Of a stretch of 52,927 bases of DNA, positions 46,665-52,927 are shown piece by piece. The stretch is from a bacterium (lineage in GTDB: Bacteria; Bacteroidota; Bacteroidia; Bacteroidales; FEN-979), in assembly GCA_037131065.1 (NCBI GenBank), contig JBAXRT010000003.1, positions 1-52,927 on the forward strand, read 5' to 3'. The position numbers and the translations under genes are program-made. The notes beneath the pieces were generated by a model, which was not told where the DNA came from, searched no databases, and saw nothing but the letters and a program-made list of their open reading frames with translations. Position 1 is the stretch's first letter. Every line of letters begins with the position of its first letter.

Positions 46665-47909
46665 TTAAAGCAGCTCCGGGGTTAAAGTCTTGAGCCGATG
46701 ATTATATAAACCATACCCGAGAAAGCTGGACGTTATAACTTTTATATCGAATTCCGGATAATACGTCTTGATATCCAGTAGTACTTTTTTTAAAACTCTG
46801 CTTTCAGGATCATGGTTGGCGATCAGGAATAGCATCTCAATCATTTCATCGAATTCATCAATGGGATTAGAATTGCCGCTGGGCCCAAATTTAATCAGAC
46901 CTAATGCACGTTTCTGTTTAAACAAATCAACCATCTCCCTTTTAAAAGCAGAAACTTTGCCTGGATTGCTAGAAAAATCTATAAAGTCTTTTACATGCTT
47001 GACCATTCCGGCGCTTCCTTTAAAGGCGCCATCTCCAAACTTCATCTCCATGACCACCAACCGTGGCTTGAATTTTTTCGTTTGTTTCCTGGAGACTGCA
47101 TTTGAAGGCCACTCTAACGCCACCAGGTCAAATCTGGCTCCCTGATGATTATCGTATTCATAATCAATAATGAAGTAATCGGTTCCATTCGCAATTCCTG
47201 AGTAATTATTGTCACGAACTACCAGTTGTGCAAATTCCCGCTCTTCCTTTGGAGAATCTGCAAAGTAAAAATCCATGGCTTGTTTGGCAAATGGAAAAAA
47301 ATTATCCCAATCCTGTACCAATAAAGATCCCTGGATTTGTTCCATTTTAGAAGGGGGGCTAGTTCCCTTGTAATTTTCATCAAACCAAAAAGTATATTTG
47401 CCGGGTGCCTTTTCTCTTATCCTTAATATATTACCTCCACGGTAATAAATATTCACGTAATTGTCACGAATGTTGAATTCAAGGGTGTGATCTGATTTTA
47501 CCCATTCAAGAATTTTTTTCAGGCTGCCCCCTTTGAAATCTTCGACAAATGAATCAGAAAGTTTTCGTGCCATTAAGATCTCATCAAACCAGTAATTTAA
47601 TTTGTCCAATTCTTGTTCTGTCAATAGATCACGGTTGACCGACAGCAGAAAATCGTACACAAATGGTCTGTAATCCGAATGGATAAAAACCGGATGATAA
47701 TGGAACCACGTTGGTTGTGAAATGAACTCCTTCCAGTATGCAGTAAAAGAATCATAAGGGACCTCTCCCTTTTTCACGATTTCATTGTCATCCTCATCGA
47801 TCATCAGTGAGTTAAACCGTAAAACGAATCGTTCTTTGCCCTTTTCAACATTCCTGAAAAGATGAGCGCCAAAGCCTTCCACTCCCCAGTGAAAAATAAG
47901 TTCTTCCAT
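46665..47909 (-). CDS. Hypothetical protein with C-terminal PD-(D/E)xK-like nuclease domain
   Basis: EREFAQ, IIDYEY, RFDLVAL, VVMEMK; IRDNYVNIYYRGG; starts at ATG 47909 or GTG 47948. Confidence 0.6.
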   Translation of the reverse strand: MEELIFHWGVEGFGAHLFRNVEKGKERFVLRFNSLMIDEDDNEIVKKGEVPYDSFTAYWKEFISQPTWFHYHPVFIHSDYRPFVYDFLLSVNRDLLTEQELDKLNYWFDEILMARKLSDSFVEDFKGGSLKKILEWVKSDHTLEFNIRDNYVNIYYRGGNILRIREKAPGKYTFWFDENYKGTSPPSKMEQIQGSLLVQDWDNFFPFAKQAMDFYFADSPKEEREFAQLVVRDNNYSGIANGTDYFIIDYEYDNHQGARFDLVALEWPSNAVSRKQTKKFKPRLVVMEMKFGDGAFKGSAGMVKHVKDFIDFSSNPGKVSAFKREMVDLFKQKRALGLIKFGPSGNSNPIDEFDEMIEMLFLIANHDPESRVLKKVLLDIKTYYPEFDIKVITSSFLGYGLYNHRLKTLTPELL

Positions 47910-47972
47910 AGATTTATCTAAGGTTTTTTTAGCAATTCTTCCTCTCACAAATATTCCCGAAGAGTATGAGAA

Positions 47973-48800
47973 TTACACCGGTTTCACTCCATGCCTTTCG
48001 GCATATTCCCTGATAACGTCAACTTCAGAAACGTCAACATAATCAAAGTCACGACTGGAACGAATGTGATCCCAGATTTCATGCTGTTTCGAAAACTTTT
48101 CAATTTCGGGCTCTGCAGACACAAGGAAACTCTTTGCATCGGGTATTACCTTTATTAGCTCCTTTAAATCGTAATAATTGGTTTTAATATGGTTGAAACT
48201 CCGCTCCATATCAATAAACTGGGCGAAAACGATGTTTTCATTTTTTCCGTAAAGATCAATGGTAACGGGAATTACAATGGACGGAAATTCAGTTGGAGTG
48301 ACTTCACGTTTCTCTGTATAATATTTCGAAACCAGTGGAATAAATGTTTCTTTGACCCGTGATACATTCCGCTGTTGTAAATTTCCAATTACCGGTGTTT
48401 TTACCAGATCGACAAATTTTTCGAAAAGCTGATTAAAATTCTCCTGAATAACCGCCATATCTATTCTTACCGGTTTACTGAAAGAGAGCACATTGCGGTT
48501 ATAAACACTCAGATACTCGATATAAGGTTCATTGATCACAACATTCTTCTGATCCTGCAGCCAGGGAATTATTTCCAGATCATTTACATCAACCCTGTTG
48601 ATGACGTTTTCAATCGACCTGAGGTATTTTTTGATAAAATGATGTTGCGCTTCGCCAACCAGTGATTTGATCACACCAAGTTTATTGAGCGAATAATCAA
48701 AAAGCGATTTTTCTCCATCCGACATGATTAATCCTAATGCAATCTGCTCTCCTGATTCGGGCCTTATGGGTGCAGATAATATGCTGAAAAATGTTTTCAT
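47973..48800 (-). CDS. DUF3037-like partner of HipA-like kinase
   Basis: N-terminus FSIL...RPESGEQIALGL, FSKP..I, F..LFEKFV; ATGA overlap with the kinase stop. Confidence 0.6.
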   Translation of the reverse strand: MKTFFSILSAPIRPESGEQIALGLIMSDGEKSLFDYSLNKLGVIKSLVGEAQHHFIKKYLRSIENVINRVDVNDLEIIPWLQDQKNVVINEPYIEYLSVYNRNVLSFSKPVRIDMAVIQENFNQLFEKFVDLVKTPVIGNLQQRNVSRVKETFIPLVSKYYTEKREVTPTEFPSIVIPVTIDLYGKNENIVFAQFIDMERSFNHIKTNYYDLKELIKVIPDAKSFLVSAEPEIEKFSKQHEIWDHIRSSRDFDYVDVSEVDVIREYAERHGVKPV

Positions 48801-49648
48801 AGACTACGGTTTAACGAATATTGAATGAATTGGTTAAAAGATTCCAGGCATTGCTTTTGCCACGATTCTGAGAAATAGAATTCCAGCCTGGATTTGGTAA
48901 AGGCGCTATCTATGCGCCACTCAGGAGGAGTATACTGAAGGATGGGACCAAGGTTTTCATAACAAGTACGAAGATACGATTTAAATTCTTCTTCAATCGT
49001 TAAACGATATTCCTTCAAAATTTGTTGCAAAGTTCGTGAAAAAATGCCATTCATGAAAGGTGCAGACAGGATGCTGTCATTTTCATTGATCTGATAAGGA
49101 TCCCTATCCAGATTATTCCCGTTGAAAAGCTGTACATGGTCGATCGGAATTAAACGGTTGGTTTCGAAATTATATAGTAGATTGAAATTATCGAAATTCC
49201 GGTCATCGTTCGAGAGCCATATGTCGAAAAGTCCGATTTTAAGATAGTCAGCCACTATCAACTCGATTGTGTTCTTACGTGAAGGCCATCCAAGGAAAAA
49301 TTTGTCGACTTCCTTCAGTTTATGATCATACCGTGACCCAAAACAAGGGATGTTGAAGCAATGATGGGGCAGAGGGATCTTTTCAAAATGATGTTTCTGA
49401 ATATTTACAAAGGCAAAATCAGGAACATTTAGTTCCCAGAGTTGAAAAAACCGAGCTGCCAGGTACTCATTAAATAATCCTGTCGCCGGACCAATACCGT
49501 TGAAATATTTGCACACATAATCATTCCCGTCATTGCAATAAACTTTTACCGGATGGCTACCTCGTGTATTAAAACAATCCTCCGGAATGATTTCCTTTAT
49601 GCTGGTTAAATTTCCGGGTAAATTTTTCACAATGTTTGTTTTTCTCAT
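48797..49648 (-). CDS. HipA-like (HipA_2-type) Ser/Thr kinase
   Basis: GSHP loop, YVCK, NEYLA, FGS, FDIWLSNDDR..NFNLL, IDH. Confidence 0.85.
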   Translation of the reverse strand: MRKTNIVKNLPGNLTSIKEIIPEDCFNTRGSHPVKVYCNDGNDYVCKYFNGIGPATGLFNEYLAARFFQLWELNVPDFAFVNIQKHHFEKIPLPHHCFNIPCFGSRYDHKLKEVDKFFLGWPSRKNTIELIVADYLKIGLFDIWLSNDDRNFDNFNLLYNFETNRLIPIDHVQLFNGNNLDRDPYQINENDSILSAPFMNGIFSRTLQQILKEYRLTIEEEFKSYLRTCYENLGPILQYTPPEWRIDSAFTKSRLEFYFSESWQKQCLESFNQFIQYSLNRSL

Positions 49649-49734
49649 GATCAGGGTTGACTTAATTGGTCACATCCCATGCCATAAAAACACCCAATTG
49701 CAATCACATACATTTCAACAATTGTATAAGGTGT

Positions 49735-50493
49735 TTATTTGTACAACCTTTCTTCTATAAGTTTTAGATTTTTATTTACGTAAAACATATCAGGCTCATG
49801 CTTGATTGCTCGTGCTCGGATTTCAAAATTAGGAGTCTCAATTTTTGTAGCGTCAAATAGAATTAAACCTATTCCAAATTGTCTGCATAAGGCATCCAGT
49901 CGTGCAATGTCCTCAATTGGTGAGTTCTTTGGAACAACAATATATGATTTGTGCGAAAATATTTTATAAGCACAAGCTTGTCCAAATGCTGTAATTAGAC
50001 CAATAGAATCGGTTTTTATTTCAGCTGAAATTATTTCTGTGGGAAATGGTATTATGTCACTTCGCTTGGATTCTCTGACACCAATTACATCCGGGGTTCC
50101 CCATTTATCTTTAAAAAGATTCCCGCCAAGAGGCATAGCTTTAGTACATTCCTCAAGTTCGTTCACTAGCCAATCAGCAAAAGGTTTATAATATGGATCT
50201 TCTTTAATTGACTCCTTTTCAGCTTTTTTATTCTTTTTTTGAATCTGGGGATCGTCGATTTGAGAATTGAGGATAGTTTTGAATTTTATCAATCTAAATA
50301 TTCCTCTATCAGCCTTATAAACCAAATCAGGAAAAGTTGCATCCAAATCCCAAATTGAGCCACTGATAGTGTTTTTGTTAAAATCCGGATTACGATCCCG
50401 TATTGCGGTTTGTAACTCGGAGTATCTCATTCCGATTGAATTTTCTGATAATAATTCAAGAGCAATTTTTCTAATCTGTGAAGTTTTTGACAT
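49735..50493 (-). CDS. N-terminal HTH + PD-(D/E)xK restriction-endonuclease-like protein
   Basis: GMRYSEL..NKNTISG; WGTPDVIG, SAEIK, AFGQACAY, GIGL. Confidence 0.7.
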   Translation of the reverse strand: MSKTSQIRKIALELLSENSIGMRYSELQTAIRDRNPDFNKNTISGSIWDLDATFPDLVYKADRGIFRLIKFKTILNSQIDDPQIQKKNKKAEKESIKEDPYYKPFADWLVNELEECTKAMPLGGNLFKDKWGTPDVIGVRESKRSDIIPFPTEIISAEIKTDSIGLITAFGQACAYKIFSHKSYIVVPKNSPIEDIARLDALCRQFGIGLILFDATKIETPNFEIRARAIKHEPDMFYVNKNLKLIEERLYK

Positions 50494-50557
50494 GTGGGTC
50501 GAATGTTAAAAAATAGGGATTAACTCAATTTTTAAAATTCAAACTACTAATCTAGCA

Positions 50558-51124
50558 CTAACCGCAACCAAAATTTCTTTTCTTTAACAGTTTATTGACT
50601 TCGTCCTTGTTAAAATATTCAGGGTCAAATGGCTCACCAATCCATTCGACAATTCCCTGATATTTCTTATGTTTCGGATTTTTCAGAATTGTCAACAGGT
50701 CTGGATAAGCCCATGGCCCGCCGCAATCCTCGGGAGGACAATTCATTTTTCCGGCGATGCATGTAGGACCGGTCACCGGGCTATCATCCGTTATAATTTT
50801 TTCCAGGATGATGTCGTGCTCCCAACCATCACCAAAATCGTACTCATAAACAATCTTCTCTTTCTCATTCTCCAGTAAATCCGAAATTCGCATATCTTTA
50901 TAATCGACGTTTCTCATCTCCTCCCAGAAATCATCCTCCTCTATTCTATGAGTATAAAATGTCTCATCCCTGATGAACTGATGCAAATGTGAATTTGTCC
51001 ATCCCATCGAAGTCTGGATTATCTTATGAAAATCCGACAGGAGCATATCAGACGGGATCAAAAGTCGTCTCCAGATTTTCGGAGTAACTTTTTTTAAGAC
51101 AATTTGAACCTGGTAAGTTATCAT
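50558..51124 (-). CDS. Plasmid pRiA4b ORF-3 family protein
   Basis: IWRRLLIP, HKIIQTSMGWTNSHLHQF, YEYDFGDGWEH, CPPEDCGG. Confidence 0.92.
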   Translation of the reverse strand: MITYQVQIVLKKVTPKIWRRLLIPSDMLLSDFHKIIQTSMGWTNSHLHQFIRDETFYTHRIEEDDFWEEMRNVDYKDMRISDLLENEKEKIVYEYDFGDGWEHDIILEKIITDDSPVTGPTCIAGKMNCPPEDCGGPWAYPDLLTILKNPKHKKYQGIVEWIGEPFDPEYFNKDEVNKLLKKRNFGCG

Positions 51125-51129
51125 AGTGC

Positions 51130-51729
51130 TTATATTTTTTTCTGACTTTTTAACCCCTTCATTTTTTTATATTCTGATGGGGTCAAGCCAAATGTGGCTT
51201 TTGAAATTTCAGCCGTAAGAATTGCATATTCTATCTGTTGTTTAACCCCTCTGTTTTTCCATTCCTCTGTCAGTTCCTCACGAATGGCTATACTACGCAT
51301 CCGCTTTTCAATCCAATCATCGGGGTAACCTTTAAGCTTGTATAATTCCCGTGTCCGTTGAGTCGCCAATTCTGGATTTTCAATTTCATCCAACCTGTCT
51401 GATCCCACCCGGGCTAACCATTGCTTAAAGGGTTCAGCCTTAGGTGATGGTATTGATTGGATAATTCGTAAAAGACCTTTGGCATCTGCACAGTCTGTTA
51501 AATATTTTTTTCCGTCTGATGAAATCATTTTCAGTTGTACGATAATTTCGTACAACTGAGAAAACCCTTCTGAATTGAGTTTCCGTTTCAGGTCACTCCA
51601 ATATCTTCTCGGATTATTACTTTCCGTTAAAATTTCGATTACATCAATTACAGCAAAATACCATTTCTGGAGTGTCTCGTTCCATTCAGTTCGTATTTGC
51701 TTACTTTCAAAAAGTTTTATATTACTCAT
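51130..51729 (-). pseudogene. BRO-N domain protein, probably C-terminally truncated
   Basis: IKLFESKQIR, WYFAVIDVI, YWSDLK, IQSIPSPKAEPFKQWLA; ends GLKSQKKI* where family members I recall continue NLRDHM. Confidence 0.6.
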
Positions 51730-51826
51730 AGGTTAAAAAATCATTGTTGCTTTTCTCTGCACTCTAGGCAATGACAAAATTCGTCATACAAAATTCGTTG
51801 TTCAATTTTCGAATTTCATTTTCCTT

Positions 51827-52050
51827 TCATTCCCACACCATCTTCACCCTCTCCCTGATCTTCCCCTCAAACACCTCAATCAACTCCTTGTTTACCTTCA
51901 GCCAAGAGCGTCAACCTGTGATCGGGTAATTCTGGTATTATTTTCCAGAACAATGTTTGCATTGCCGTTTTCATCATCGAAAAACCGCCAACCGGAAATT
52001 TCGAGTAGTTTGTTGATCTTGATCCGGGCACTGGCTTCTTTGGAAGGCAT
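51827..52050 (-). pseudogene. Deletion scar of a type I restriction-modification locus (HsdR N-terminus joined to an HsdS/HsdM-S C-terminus)
   Basis: 52050-51898 MPSKEASARIKINKLLEISGWRFFDDENGNANIVLENNTRITRSQVDALG*; in another frame 51901-51827 LKVNKELIEVFEGKIRERVKMVWE*. Confidence 0.7.
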
Positions 52051-52160
52051 CTGCAAGTTGATGAAAGACAGGGATTAAAATTAGATAAAAAATGTCAACC
52101 GGCAATATCTGTGTTAGCTCCTTTTTACATAATTCTTTCTTCCATTCGTCATTCTCTAAC

Positions 52161-52188
52161 TGCCTTCTGCTTTCTGCCCTCTGCTTTC
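52161..52188. repeat. Heptamer tandem repeat (TGCYYTC x4)
   Basis: tgccttc tgctttc tgccctc tgctttc. Confidence 0.7.
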
Positions 52189-52213
52189 TCTTCCGCCCGC
52201 GTCACGCGTCACG

Positions 52214-52927
52214 TCATCTCTCCGTCCTGAACTTCATCCCCTCTTTTTTGCAGATCTTTTTCAGGACCTGGCGGCCCGTGAACAACCCAGAAGGAAGTCC
52301 TCCCCCTGGCGAGGTCCAGTGACCGGTCATATAGAAATGATCCAGGCCGGGCAGGGTCATCAGGTTCCGCTGCTTCATCGCCTTGCGGTCCATGAGCCAC
52401 CCTTCATATGAACCCCTCCAGTTTCCGGTATATCGTACAAAGGTATGTGGTGTCGCCAGGTCGGTCTCTTCGACCTGCTCCTTCAGCCCGGGATACAGCT
52501 GGTCAAGCTTGTTCAGCAGGATTTCCGTAATCTGCTTTTTTTCCTGCTTATATGCCTCACTGTGGTAGGGTATTTTAGTCCAGTAGTCCCAGTTTGCACT
52601 GACCATCACCGTCATGACCGACTTCCCCGGAGGAGCCATGGAGGGATCCATCGAATTGACACGGACAAAAAGATTGTTCACCTTCTCGCCTGCAATTTCA
52701 ATAGGTTCCTTAAGGACATAGTTCCGGTTGGCCGGTTCACCTGAATAATCGGCATTAAGCCCGAGGGAAAGATAGACCAGGGGAGGGAAGAGGATCAGAT
52801 CGCGGTAGGCCTCTTCAATGTCTTTGCTCAGGTATTTCCCGCCGAGCCAGTCATAGATGGCCGTGCGGCCGTCGGCTGCAGAGATGATGTAATCGGCGGT
52901 GCGTGTGGTGCCATCGGCCAGTGTTAT
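52214..52927 (-). CDS. Phytoene-dehydrogenase-like FAD oxidoreductase, 3' part (runs off the window)
   Basis: Frame open to 52927: ADYIISAAD, DPSMAPPGKS, ATPHTFVRYTGN..GSYEG, YMTGHWTSPGGGLP. Confidence 0.88.
   Translation of the reverse strand: MTLADGTTRTADYIISAADGRTAIYDWLGGKYLSKDIEEAYRDLILFPPLVYLSLGLNADYSGEPANRNYVLKEPIEIAGEKVNNLFVRVNSMDPSMAPPGKSVMTVMVSANWDYWTKIPYHSEAYKQEKKQITEILLNKLDQLYPGLKEQVEETDLATPHTFVRYTGNWRGSYEGWLMDRKAMKQRNLMTLPGLDHFYMTGHWTSPGGGLPSGLFTGRQVLKKICKKEGMKFRTER

Larger units (their letters stand above)
45349..52050 (-). mobile_element. AT-rich horizontally acquired defence-like island (no integrase in window)
   Basis: Visibly more AT-rich than the flanks; co-oriented nuclease, kinase, BRO-N and RM-remnant genes. 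Confidence 0.6.

Overview
52.9 kb of an anaerobic Bacteroidota (Bacteroidales-like) genome. The taxonomy is inferred from a TonB-dependent receptor, an RND-TolC fusion, a Reg_prop/Y_Y_Y kinase, TAnnTTTG promoters and signal peptides ending before Gln. No rRNA, tRNA, CRISPR array or transposase was recognised. Most notable: (1) A seven-gene minus-strand locus at 30926-39265, preceded by a sigma-54 promoter and a TGT-N11-ACA dyad. It encodes a PstS-like sensor fused to a GcvH-like domain, a Tat 4Fe-4S/NrfD (HybAB/HmcBC-like) pair with no catalytic subunit, a second membrane-anchored GcvH-like protein, a CxxCH-bearing histidine kinase, an NtrC-family activator and an archaemetzincin; both GcvH-like domains lack the canonical lipoyl-Lys. 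This is a candidate undescribed redox-sensing/signalling system. (2) An AT-rich defence-like island at 45.3-52.05 kb: RNase J-like MBL, two PD-(D/E)xK-like proteins, a HipA-like kinase/DUF3037-like pair, pRiA4b ORF3, a truncated BRO-N gene and a 224-bp scar of a deleted type I RM locus. (3) A repeat-AAA-CsgG/FlgT chimera with an in-frame TGA at a Trp position. All family calls come from motif recognition by eye; no database searches were run.
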